DNA of 32,000 bases from Nanopusillaceae archaeon. Its GTDB lineage: Archaea > Nanobdellota > Nanobdellia > Nanobdellales > Nanobdellaceae. Position numbers and translations under genes: made by a program. The notes under the pieces were generated by a model. It searched no databases. It was not told the origin of the DNA and saw nothing but the letters and a program-made list of their open reading frames with translations. Shown here piece by piece: positions 1 to 8,242 of the stretch. The DNA lies in contig JAVYNJ010000001.1 in the NCBI GenBank assembly GCA_038735675.1, positions 16,408 through 48,407 on the forward strand, in the 5' to 3' direction. Each line of letters opens with the position of its first letter. Position 1 is the stretch's first letter.

Positions 1-18
1 AAATTAAAAATTGTTGAA

Positions 19-92
19 TGGGGCCGCCGGGATTTGAACCCGGGACCACCGGCACCCCAAACCGGCATCCTTCCAAGCTGGACGACGGCCCC
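19..92 (-). tRNA. tRNA-Pro, anticodon GGG
   Basis: The reverse complement reads GGGGCCG-TC-GTCC-AGCTTGGAA-GGAT-G-CCGGT-TTGGGGT-GCCGG-TGGTC-CCGGG-TTCAAAT-CCCGG-CGGCCCC-A. This folds into a full cloverleaf. The 7-nt anticodon loop is TTGGGGT, so the anticodon is GGG with G37. CCA is not encoded. The gene is strongly GC-rich in an AT-rich background. Confidence 0.85.
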
Positions 93-101
93 TTTAAATA
101 A

Positions 102-174
102 AGCCGCGGCCGGGATTTGAACCCGGGGCCTTTGCCTTACCAGGGCAACGCTCTACCAGCTGAGCTACCGCGGC
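102..174 (-). tRNA. tRNA-Thr, anticodon GGU
   Basis: The reverse complement reads GCCGCGG-TA-GCTC-AGCTGGT-AGAGC-G-TTGCC-CTGGTAA-GGCAA-AGGCC-CCGGG-TTCAAAT-CCCGG-CCGCGGC-T. This is a canonical cloverleaf. The anticodon loop is CTGGTAA, so the anticodon is GGT. CCA is not encoded. Confidence 0.85.
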
Positions 175-176
175 AC

Positions 177-1826
177 TTATTTAAGATATTCTTCAATTTT
201 ATTCCAACTTATTTTTAAGTTTTTTAATAATTCAACAAAAGTAGAAAGTGACCATAATTGAGAAATTGCTCCAGAGATATCTCTATTTTTGGCAGAAGAT
301 AATTCTGGAAGAGTTCCTATATCTTTTAGGTATTCAATAGAAGAGTTTAATATTTTGTTTATGTAATACTTGTACTTTTCACTATTTAGATCGTTCATAC
401 AAATTGCAGCAATGTGATTCAGATATATCCATGAATCTCCTCTATGCATAGATTTTTTACTATCTATAAAATTGGCATCTCCATTATTTTCTTCAATAAA
501 TTCGTAATCAAGTTTTGATAAAGATGAAAGGCCCCCCCATTCCAACCATAAATGATTTAATGAATAATCAAAAATTTTTTCCCATTTTTCTTTTGATAGA
601 ACATCTTTTTTTATATAGTAACATAAAAATACGTTTGGTCTTATTCTATATTCTTCAAAAGTATCAACTAAACTATTATCTTTTAAATATCGTTTTTCCA
701 CATTATCTTTTAAATCTAAATATAAATCTCTATATCTTTCGTCTCTTTTTATTCTATAAAGATTTTCATAAATATTCATAACTAAAAATTGAAGTTCTAT
801 TGGATATTTTCTATTTAAAGTATCCATCCAGCTTTCATTTGGAAAAGAAACAAATAATTTTGTTTTTGGATCATAATGAGTTTCTGTGAATTTAGGTAAA
901 TTATCTTCTACTATATTTACTAATTTTAAGAACTCTTCTTTTGAAAATATATATTCAAAATCAAAAATTCTTTTAGCATACAATCCGAAGCTGTCAGAAT
1001 TCCCATTTAATCCATCAAAAATTAGATTTTTCATTTTTCCATTTGGCAAAATATATTTAGAATATTCTATTAATTTTTCTTTTACAAAAGATTTGCCAAG
1101 AATATAGTAAAGCCCTTTTAGAGATATTAGAACATCTCTAGACCACTCTTGATAATACCAGGGATAACCTACAGATATCCAATCATGAATGAAAGATTTT
1201 ATTCTTTCTTCAATTAGATTTTTTGATTCTTTTTTATAATAATCTTTAATTTTTGGATTTCTTATTAAAGATATAATTAATTTCTTTCCTTTAATGGTAA
1301 AAGGACAGTATAAATATCTTTTAAATGGTGGAGAATTTCTTTTTTCATCAAAGTCATAATAAATCTCTACCCACTTATCTTTATTTTCGAAAATACTTGA
1401 AAATCCAGTTAAATATACCCTAACAAAAAGATCATTCTTTTTAAACTCTATATTTGCCATATTAGAAGTTATTTGATAATTATATATTCTTCCCCACTCT
1501 TCTGTATCGTATATATCTTTTATATCAAAGAATATCTGAATTTTTGAAATTTTTTTAGTTTCATAAAGTAATCCAAACTTAAACAATTTGTAAATTTCGT
1601 AATTATCTTTATAAAATATTTTTAATGTGTCAGAGCCATCTAATATTATTTTTTCTGGTTTTTCTACTATATTTAAATTTTTTAAATGATCTAAGATTTT
1701 TATATATCTTTTATTGTATGGAAAAAATAAGCCAAAAAATCTACTGTATCTTTTTAGTGACAAAATAAAGAAACTACCGTTTTTTGATAAAAATGCAAAA
1801 TCTCTATTTCTTAATTCAAGTTCCAT
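177..1826 (-). CDS. Glycogen debranching enzyme, amylo-alpha-1,6-glucosidase (GDE C-terminal domain) type
   Basis: 549-aa ORF. Motifs GYPWYYQEWSRDVLISLKGL, HRGDSWIYLNH and GAISQLWSLSTFVELL match the (alpha/alpha)6-barrel signature of archaeal/eukaryotic GDE_C proteins. It sits in a glycogen gene cluster. Confidence 0.65.
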   Translation of the reverse strand: MELELRNRDFAFLSKNGSFFILSLKRYSRFFGLFFPYNKRYIKILDHLKNLNIVEKPEKIILDGSDTLKIFYKDNYEIYKLFKFGLLYETKKISKIQIFFDIKDIYDTEEWGRIYNYQITSNMANIEFKKNDLFVRVYLTGFSSIFENKDKWVEIYYDFDEKRNSPPFKRYLYCPFTIKGKKLIISLIRNPKIKDYYKKESKNLIEERIKSFIHDWISVGYPWYYQEWSRDVLISLKGLYYILGKSFVKEKLIEYSKYILPNGKMKNLIFDGLNGNSDSFGLYAKRIFDFEYIFSKEEFLKLVNIVEDNLPKFTETHYDPKTKLFVSFPNESWMDTLNRKYPIELQFLVMNIYENLYRIKRDERYRDLYLDLKDNVEKRYLKDNSLVDTFEEYRIRPNVFLCYYIKKDVLSKEKWEKIFDYSLNHLWLEWGGLSSLSKLDYEFIEENNGDANFIDSKKSMHRGDSWIYLNHIAAICMNDLNSEKYKYYINKILNSSIEYLKDIGTLPELSSAKNRDISGAISQLWSLSTFVELLKNLKISWNKIEEYLK

Positions 1827-1878
1827 AATATTCTAATTTCGAAAAATTGTTAAAAAAGATTATATACAAAAATATAAG

Positions 1879-3096
1879 ATGAGAATATTATTTTTAAGTT
1901 GGGGGGTCTTACCACAAAAAACTGGAGGTTTGGAAAAAGCAACATACTATTATTTAAAATACTTTGATCAATTTAATCACAATGTTTATCTTATTATTCC
2001 AAACATAAATGATGACATAAAAAATTTTTGGCAAAATAAACTAAAAAATTCTAAAATTATTGGTTTGAATATTGATATAAGTAAAATTTCATCTTATTTT
2101 AATTTATTTACTATTATAAGACAAAGTAAGAGTATATTTTCTAAAATAAAAACTATAATCGATTATAAAAGAGCTGTTTTTGAATATAGAGATAAACTAA
2201 TTAAGTTTTTGGAAAACGAAAAGCTAGAATTTGACGTTATCTATTCTTACGATTGGTTAACAATTCCTGCAGCAATAGAGATAAAAAACAGATATAAAAA
2301 ACCTCTAGTCTGGCATGTTCACCAAACAGCTTATGATAGAGTCGGCGGAAATATAGAACATTTGAAATATCTTTTAGATCATGATTATGGAATAGAATTA
2401 GAAGCTTGTAAATTAGCAGATAAAATTATAGCTGTTAGTAATAGAGTAAGAGATATTTTGATAAAATATTACAATTGTGATCCAAAAAAAGTAGAAGTTG
2501 TTTATAATGCTCCAGATGATAATTTTCAAATTAAAAAGAAAAATTGGTATAAAATTAAACAAAAATACAAAATTGTATTATATCTTGGAAGAATGACAAT
2601 GCATAAAGGTCCAGATTGGTTATTAAAAGCAGCTAAAAGGGTTTTGGATATCAGAAAAGATGTTTTATTCATATTTGCTGGTCATGGAGAGATGTTAGAA
2701 CAACTTATAAAAATGTCAGCTGAAATGGGAATCGGAAGAAACGTAATTTTTACAGGATGGGTAGATGACGAGTTAGCAGAGTTTTTGTATGATATTGCTG
2801 ATGTTTTTGTTTTGCCATCAGTTTCAGAGCCTTTTGGTCTTACTCCTTTTGAGGCTTTACAGAGAGAAAATGCAATTATAATTACAAAACAATGTGGTGT
2901 TTCAGAAATCCTAAAAGATGCAGCAATAGTGGATTTTTGGGATACTTATAAAATGGCTGATTATATTTTAGCTTTTCTAGAATATCCAAAGCTTAGAAAT
3001 TTTGAAATAATGAATTGTTTAAGAAATTTAAATAATCTTTCTTGGTTAGATTCTTCTAAAAAAGTAGAGGAGATATTAAGAAAGGCCATATTCTAA
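1879..3096 (+). CDS. GT-B glycosyltransferase resembling archaeal (Pyrococcus-type, GT5/GT4) glycogen synthase
   Basis: 405 aa. The N-terminus MRILFLSWGVLPQKTGGLEKA matches the MKVLLLGFEFLPVKVGGLAEA pattern. It also has YDWLTIPAA...VWHVHQT and a C-terminal VLPSVSEPFGLTPFEALQ motif (E-x7-E region). The collinear resemblance to archaeal GlgA is judged from memory. Confidence 0.6.
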   Translation: MRILFLSWGVLPQKTGGLEKATYYYLKYFDQFNHNVYLIIPNINDDIKNFWQNKLKNSKIIGLNIDISKISSYFNLFTIIRQSKSIFSKIKTIIDYKRAVFEYRDKLIKFLENEKLEFDVIYSYDWLTIPAAIEIKNRYKKPLVWHVHQTAYDRVGGNIEHLKYLLDHDYGIELEACKLADKIIAVSNRVRDILIKYYNCDPKKVEVVYNAPDDNFQIKKKNWYKIKQKYKIVLYLGRMTMHKGPDWLLKAAKRVLDIRKDVLFIFAGHGEMLEQLIKMSAEMGIGRNVIFTGWVDDELAEFLYDIADVFVLPSVSEPFGLTPFEALQRENAIIITKQCGVSEILKDAAIVDFWDTYKMADYILAFLEYPKLRNFEIMNCLRNLNNLSWLDSSKKVEEILRKAIF

Positions 3097-4281
3097 TTGC
3101 TCTCTTTTTTCTGTCGATAATTTTGATTCTATATCCTTTAAAATATTCATAAATGATATATAAGCATCGTAAGGTGTTTCAAAAGCCTCTTCTCTAAAAT
3201 ATTTATGCACATCTCCATCAGCATTGTATTTTAAGCTCATATAATACAAATTATCAGATGTAGATAGATATCTTAAAACTCTTAATGCTTCTTTGTTATT
3301 CTGCCTTTTTGCAATTTCAAAAAGATCTTTCAAATAAGAAAGAGCTTCACTTTGTATAGAATCTCCTAACCAAGCCGATAAATCTCTCTCTATATCAGCC
3401 CAGGATATAATTTCTGGTATGTCTAGTTCTCCAACGGGTGCGAATTTATAAGATGCTTCTGAAACTGTGTAAGTTTCGAAATAATCACTTTCTCCAATTA
3501 ATTCAAATAATCTATTAAAAAATTCGAATATTCCGGATTCTGGCCAAAGATGTTCTCCAATAGTTTCAAAATCCATAAATATATTTATAATATCTCCAGG
3601 GGTTTGTAATAACCAATTAAAATATTTATCAGCATTTAAAGGATAATGTTCCCAATTTGGGTTTCCAAACCTAAAAGCTATATCGTCAGATAGTCTATAA
3701 TTTCGTGGTAGCAATCTTAAATTAACTCTTTTTGCTTTATAAACATAATTAGGGCTTCTCCATTTTAGAACTTTTTCAGTACCTTCTATTAAGGCTGTAT
3801 GAAATCCTAAAGAGTATGCAATTTCTCCTATTTCGTTATTATAAGCTAATTCAAAATTTCTAAAGGCTTTTGGAGAATATCCAAATACCTCTCTTATTTT
3901 GTTTATATGTAGCTTTACTTGTTCTTTAAATTCTTCTTTATCAATTAAATAAGAAACGGAATGATAATAAGTTTCTCCAAGAATTTCAACATTTCCAGTA
4001 TCTACTAGTTCTTTCCATAGATCTAAAATTTCTGGATGCCAAGATTCTAATTGTTCGATTAAAGTACCTGTAATTGAAAAAGAAAACTTTAGATTATACT
4101 CATAAATAGCATTTAGTATCATTTGAAGAGCTGGTTTGTAACATTTATTTACTACTCTATCTAATATTCTCTTATTTACCTCGTCATTGAAATAGTTGCT
4201 TTCCTTTAACATATCGAAAAATGAAAAATATCTTATCCTTCTAGGCTGATGAGCATGAAAGTAGAAAACCAATCCGGTCAT
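3076..4281 (-). CDS. Glycoside hydrolase family 57 protein (alpha-amylase-like subgroup)
   Basis: 401 aa. The N-terminus is FYFHAHQPRRIRYF (GH57 region 1, HQP). Other regions present are GTLIEQLE, FRNFELAYNNE (candidate nucleophile Glu), FMDFETIGEHLW (region 4) and STSDNLYYM (region 5-like). Confidence 0.75.
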   Translation of the reverse strand: MTGLVFYFHAHQPRRIRYFSFFDMLKESNYFNDEVNKRILDRVVNKCYKPALQMILNAIYEYNLKFSFSITGTLIEQLESWHPEILDLWKELVDTGNVEILGETYYHSVSYLIDKEEFKEQVKLHINKIREVFGYSPKAFRNFELAYNNEIGEIAYSLGFHTALIEGTEKVLKWRSPNYVYKAKRVNLRLLPRNYRLSDDIAFRFGNPNWEHYPLNADKYFNWLLQTPGDIINIFMDFETIGEHLWPESGIFEFFNRLFELIGESDYFETYTVSEASYKFAPVGELDIPEIISWADIERDLSAWLGDSIQSEALSYLKDLFEIAKRQNNKEALRVLRYLSTSDNLYYMSLKYNADGDVHKYFREEAFETPYDAYISFMNILKDIESKLSTEKREQLEYGLS

Positions 4282-4316
4282 AAAATCTTAATAAGATAAA
4301 AAATTATAAAGTTAAT

Positions 4317-4610
4317 ATGAAATATTTTGTTAAAAGAGAAGAAGAAGCTTTTATTACCGTTGATGGACAAAAACTCTATACTATTCAAGATTTAATATTA
4401 TGGTTAATAGGTTGTTCTGAGGCTAGCTTCAGATATCATGTAAATGAAAAAGCAAATCATTTTTTTGATTGGATAAAAAATTCTATAGGTTCGGAAGCTC
4501 TAGCAAATAGAATAAAAAATATAAAGAATAAGGAAGAAATGATTAGAATATTGGAAAATTTTATTTATAAGACAGAGGCCGATAAAAGAACTATTATACA
4601 AGAAATATGA
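4317..4610 (+). CDS. Small hypothetical protein (97 aa), first gene of the ParA/GT3 operon
   Basis: The ORF's stop overlaps the next gene's start (ATGA at 4607-4610). The protein is soluble. Its motif FRYHVNEKANHFFDWIKNSIGSEALANRI is vaguely reminiscent of an uncharacterised family seen next to GH57/glycosyltransferase genes, but I cannot confirm the family. Confidence 0.4.
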   Translation: MKYFVKREEEAFITVDGQKLYTIQDLILWLIGCSEASFRYHVNEKANHFFDWIKNSIGSEALANRIKNIKNKEEMIRILENFIYKTEADKRTIIQEI

Positions 4611-5287
4611 TAATAAATGTTATTTCTTTAAAAGGTGGTGTGGGAAAAACTACTATTTCAATAAATTTAGCAGCATATTTAAGAAAGGAATACAACAAAA
4701 GAATTCTTTTGGTAGATTCTAATTTTAATAATTACTCAACTAAATTATTTTCTAAATTTAAGCTTAAAGAATATGGAGAAAGATTGTATAACGGTATATA
4801 TCCTCTAAAATACTTCCATTTAAAGATTTTGAGATCAATACCAAAAGAAATAGAAAAAGATCTGGAATTATTAAAAAGATATTATGATTATATAATATTC
4901 GACTTACCTAATGATCTAGAAATAATATTAAATTTTGAAAAAGTATCTAATTTAAATTTACTAATACTAAATTCAGATATATTTTCTTTATTTTCTAATT
5001 ATTATCTATTTCAACTTTTAGATAAAAATAAAACAAAGCTGATATTAAACAAGTATGATGGAAATAAAGAGATTATAAAGTTTATTGAGAGAAAATTTGG
5101 AAAAAATGTTTCTACAGTTATTTCTTTTGACAAAGAAATAGAAAAAATTAATTATAATAGAATTCCAATAATCTATTCAAAAAGCAAAAGAAAAATAATA
5201 AAAGAATTTGATGAATTAGCTAGTTTAATAACTGGAAAAAGGAAAAAATTCTCTATTTTTGAAAGAATACTTTCTTTATTCCTATGA
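4607..5287 (+). CDS. ParA/MinD-family P-loop ATPase (deviant Walker A)
   Basis: 226 aa. The N-terminus IINVISLKGGVGKTTISINLA carries KGGxGKT with the signature lysine. LLVDSN serves as Walker A', and YDYIIFDLPN as Walker B. It overlaps both neighbouring genes by 4 nt. Confidence 0.7.
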   Translation: MIINVISLKGGVGKTTISINLAAYLRKEYNKRILLVDSNFNNYSTKLFSKFKLKEYGERLYNGIYPLKYFHLKILRSIPKEIEKDLELLKRYYDYIIFDLPNDLEIILNFEKVSNLNLLILNSDIFSLFSNYYLFQLLDKNKTKLILNKYDGNKEIIKFIERKFGKNVSTVISFDKEIEKINYNRIPIIYSKSKRKIIKEFDELASLITGKRKKFSIFERILSLFL

Positions 5288-6966
5288 AAATTTTTGAAGA
5301 GTCTTGGGAAGTATGTAACAAAGTTGGTGGAATATATACTGTATTAAATTCGAAAGCACAATACTTAAAAGAAAAATATTCAGAAAATTATGTTCTAATT
5401 GGTCCATATCAAAAAAATTTGATAGAATTTGTAGAAGATAATATACCTGCAGAGCTTGAAGGAATATATAAAAATTTATTGAGTAGGGGAATTGTATTAC
5501 ATTATGGATATTGGGATATTAAAGGAAAACCAAAAGTTTTTTTAATAGATTTTCATGATTTCTTTAGAAGAGAAATCAATTATTGGAAGTATAAATATTG
5601 GGAATGGTATCAAATAGATTCTCTTAACTCCGATTACACTTATGATGAGCCCTTTGCATGGTCAGTGGCTGTAGGAATCTTTTTAGAAGAATTAGACAAA
5701 ATCTACAACTTTAAAAAAATATTACATGCACATGAATGGTTATCTGGAGGAACAATACTTTATGTAAAAGCGAAAAATCTAAATTACAAAACAATATTTA
5801 CGACGCATGGAACTGTCATAGGTAGAACTATCTCTTCTAGAAATCTAGATATTGTGAAACTAATCGATAAAATTGAAGCAGATAAAGAAGCGTATAGTTT
5901 AAAAGTTCATTATAAACATCAAATGGAAAAAAATTCAGCAAAATATAGTGATATATTTACAACGGTATCTGAAATATTGTCTATGGAAGCTGAAAAGTTT
6001 TTAGGAAGAAAACCAGATAAAATAATTTACAATTCTATTTCTATAGAGGAAAAAGATATAAAAAAAGAGTATCTTACGTCTAGAAGATGGTTAGAAGAAT
6101 TCGTTTTATGGTATTTTATGCCATACTATGAAATAGATTTGAAAAAAACAATTTTTATATATACTATTGGCAGATACGAGTTTTATAATAAGGGAATAGA
6201 TTTAATAATTGATTTAATGAAATATCTTAATCACTCGAACATAGATAAAAATATAATTCTATTTTTATTTATTCCTACCGGAATTTCGGGAGTTTCTAAA
6301 AATGTTTTGAGATTATATAATAATTATCAATTCTTAAAAGAATTTTTTGAACTAGAAAAAATAGAAATAATTAAATTTTTAATGAGAAAAGATTATGAAA
6401 AAATAAAATATATTTTTGAAGAATATTTACCAAAAGTTTCTAAAAGTAGTAAGCCAAGTATAGTAACTCATGATTTGTATGATAAATCGGATCTAATTTT
6501 GAATAAATTGATAGAATCTGGATTGGACAATGAAGAAAAGGACAAAGTGAAAGTCGTATATGCTCCAGTTTATATAGGCCAAGATATAATATTCAATTTA
6601 CCTAAAGAAAAAATTTTAAGTGGATTCGATATTGGTATTTTTCTGTCAAGATACGAGCCTTTTGGTTATACAGCTTTAGAAAATATATATTACGGAATTC
6701 CAACAATTATTTCTGATAAAACCGGATTTTCTTTATCTCTAAAAAACAAAGGAATAGAGAGTAAAAATATACTTTTAGTAGATATAAATAATTTTAATGA
6801 AGAAATGGAAAAGATAAAAGATTTTATTTTTTATATATCAAATTTGGAATTTGAAAAATATTTGGAAGTCAAAAAGGAAATTTTTAATATTTCTAAGTTT
6901 TACGATTGGAAAAAAGAGATAAATAATTATATAGATATTTATGAAGCATTAAATAATTTACAATAA
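5284..6966 (+). CDS. Glycogen(starch) synthase, GT3 (eukaryote-type) family
   Basis: 560 aa, collinear with yeast/animal glycogen synthase blocks. Matching pairs are:
- FEESWEVCNKVGGIYTVLNSKA with FEVATEVANRVGGIYSVLKSKA.
- HAHEWLSGG...IFTTHGTVIGR with HFHEWLAG...IFTTHATLLGR.
- SDIFTTVSEI...AEKFLGRKPD.
- GRYEFYNKGIDL.
- PSIVTHDLYDKSDLILNKL.
- SRYEPFGYTALE with SYYEPWGYTPAE. Confidence 0.88.
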   Translation: MKIFEESWEVCNKVGGIYTVLNSKAQYLKEKYSENYVLIGPYQKNLIEFVEDNIPAELEGIYKNLLSRGIVLHYGYWDIKGKPKVFLIDFHDFFRREINYWKYKYWEWYQIDSLNSDYTYDEPFAWSVAVGIFLEELDKIYNFKKILHAHEWLSGGTILYVKAKNLNYKTIFTTHGTVIGRTISSRNLDIVKLIDKIEADKEAYSLKVHYKHQMEKNSAKYSDIFTTVSEILSMEAEKFLGRKPDKIIYNSISIEEKDIKKEYLTSRRWLEEFVLWYFMPYYEIDLKKTIFIYTIGRYEFYNKGIDLIIDLMKYLNHSNIDKNIILFLFIPTGISGVSKNVLRLYNNYQFLKEFFELEKIEIIKFLMRKDYEKIKYIFEEYLPKVSKSSKPSIVTHDLYDKSDLILNKLIESGLDNEEKDKVKVVYAPVYIGQDIIFNLPKEKILSGFDIGIFLSRYEPFGYTALENIYYGIPTIISDKTGFSLSLKNKGIESKNILLVDINNFNEEMEKIKDFIFYISNLEFEKYLEVKKEIFNISKFYDWKKEINNYIDIYEALNNLQ

Positions 6967-6980
6967 ATTATAAATATAAT

Positions 6981-7559
6981 ATGGTAACATTCTCGGAATT
7001 TATGATTAATCTTTTTCAAAAACTTGGAATATATTATATATTCTCAATTATATTTATAGCGCTTGTAGTTTACGTATTATCTTTAAACTTGCTAAAAAAG
7101 TTTTCTAAAGACTTTTTAGATGATAAGAAAATAAATGTTATATCTATTTTAATTTCAATATCTGTAGCAATTCTAGCATCTTCTTTATATAGAATATCCC
7201 ATATGTTTTCTTATTTTTTAGCTCTTGTATCTTCTATGACAGTTGTTTTATTATTTACTTATGCTATACTTATATTTTTTGTTGATAAAAAACCTACAGT
7301 TTCAGAAACGGGAGTTAGAAATATATTTATAGTAATTTTGTTATTGATAACATCTTTTATTTTTATAAGTTTTTATTTTGCTTTTCAGGATGTTTTATAT
7401 CCTCTAATTTATAGCGGTAGTTCTCAGGAAGGTTTAGGAGGACAATACGATATTTTTTCACATATTTTTAGAGCAGAAATATTGATAATTCCATTTTTAT
7501 TTGTAATTATGGGTTTAGCAATAATGGTTTTAGGAGCCGGACAAGATAAAAATAAGTGA
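6981..7559 (+). CDS. Hypothetical multi-pass membrane protein
   Basis: 192 aa with about 5 hydrophobic segments. It begins 14 nt after the GT3 synthase on the same strand. I recognise no family. Confidence 0.4.
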   Translation: MVTFSEFMINLFQKLGIYYIFSIIFIALVVYVLSLNLLKKFSKDFLDDKKINVISILISISVAILASSLYRISHMFSYFLALVSSMTVVLLFTYAILIFFVDKKPTVSETGVRNIFIVILLLITSFIFISFYFAFQDVLYPLIYSGSSQEGLGGQYDIFSHIFRAEILIIPFLFVIMGLAIMVLGAGQDKNK

Positions 7560-7561
7560 GT

Positions 7562-8242
7562 TTATTTTTTCATTTCAATAATTTCTGCTTCACCTTCAGA
7601 TAATTTTGAAATTTCTGATAAAAACTCAGAATAAAGTGCTGCAGGTATTTCAAACGTACCAATCCAACATTCTTCATATTTTTCTTCAATAATTCCGTAT
7701 TTCTTTTTTATAATACCTAAAATTTTTACTTTATTTATTGGAATTTTTACAATTACTCTTTTTATTTCTATTTTAATAGGATATTTTTTCTTTAGTTCCT
7801 TTATTATTTCTTCTGCTTGCTTTTCTACGGGTTTAAAAGGATCAAAATTGTATTTAATATTTTTTATCATCTCTTCTATTCTTTGATACGTGAATGGGGC
7901 ATTAGTTCTAGGATCTATAGAAATTCTTCTTATATATTCAATTATTTGCTTTCTTTTTTCCTCAACAAGTTTTTTTCTATATTCTGTTGTTATTTGTATT
8001 TCACCATTAAGAATTATTTCTTTCGAAATTTCTAATATTTCATCTTTTCCAAAAACTTTTTTTAGAATCTCTGAAGATACTCTTTCTCCTTTTTTAGCAT
8101 CTTTAAAAATTTCTTGTAGCTTCAGAACTTCTTCGATATTTTTTATTTTTCCTTCTTTAAACATTAATGCTTTTTCTAAATCTACGTATATTTCAAAATT
8201 GTATCCCCCTTTACTATAACGCGCTATTACAGTGGAACTCAT
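7562..8242 (-). CDS. SBDS/Sdo1-family ribosome maturation protein
   Basis: 226 aa. The N-terminal FYSH-domain pattern is present: VIARYSKGGYNFEIYVDLEKALMFKEGK...IFKDAKKGERVS...GEIQITTEYRKK. It lies directly downstream of psmA, as in the archaeal exosome/proteasome superoperon. Confidence 0.85.
   Translation of the reverse strand: MSSTVIARYSKGGYNFEIYVDLEKALMFKEGKIKNIEEVLKLQEIFKDAKKGERVSSEILKKVFGKDEILEISKEIILNGEIQITTEYRKKLVEEKRKQIIEYIRRISIDPRTNAPFTYQRIEEMIKNIKYNFDPFKPVEKQAEEIIKELKKKYPIKIEIKRVIVKIPINKVKILGIIKKKYGIIEEKYEECWIGTFEIPAALYSEFLSEISKLSEGEAEIIEMKK

Noticed and set aside
515-1107. Plus-strand ORFs 515-781 and 886-1107 inside the debranching-enzyme gene.
   Set aside because: They are antisense shadows of a much longer ORF that carries family motifs. 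Their products are low-complexity and F/L/I/Y-rich, as expected when AT-rich coding DNA is read on the opposite strand.
2007-2016. C-box-like AATGATGAC that might mark a C/D box sRNA.
   Set aside because: It lies inside the GT-B glycosyltransferase CDS. There is no properly spaced D box (CTGA) or terminal stem, so a chance match is expected.
1-7559. The glycogen island next to two tRNA genes as a horizontally acquired genomic island integrated at a tRNA.
   Set aside because: There is no integrase or recombinase. I could find no direct repeat of a tRNA 3' segment elsewhere in the window. Composition and codon style are indistinguishable from the core genes, and only one flank is visible.
7817-8219. 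Plus-strand ORFs 7817-8035 and 7890-8219 opposite the SBDS gene.
   Set aside because: They are antisense to a confidently identified gene. They have no motifs and a low-complexity hydrophobic composition.
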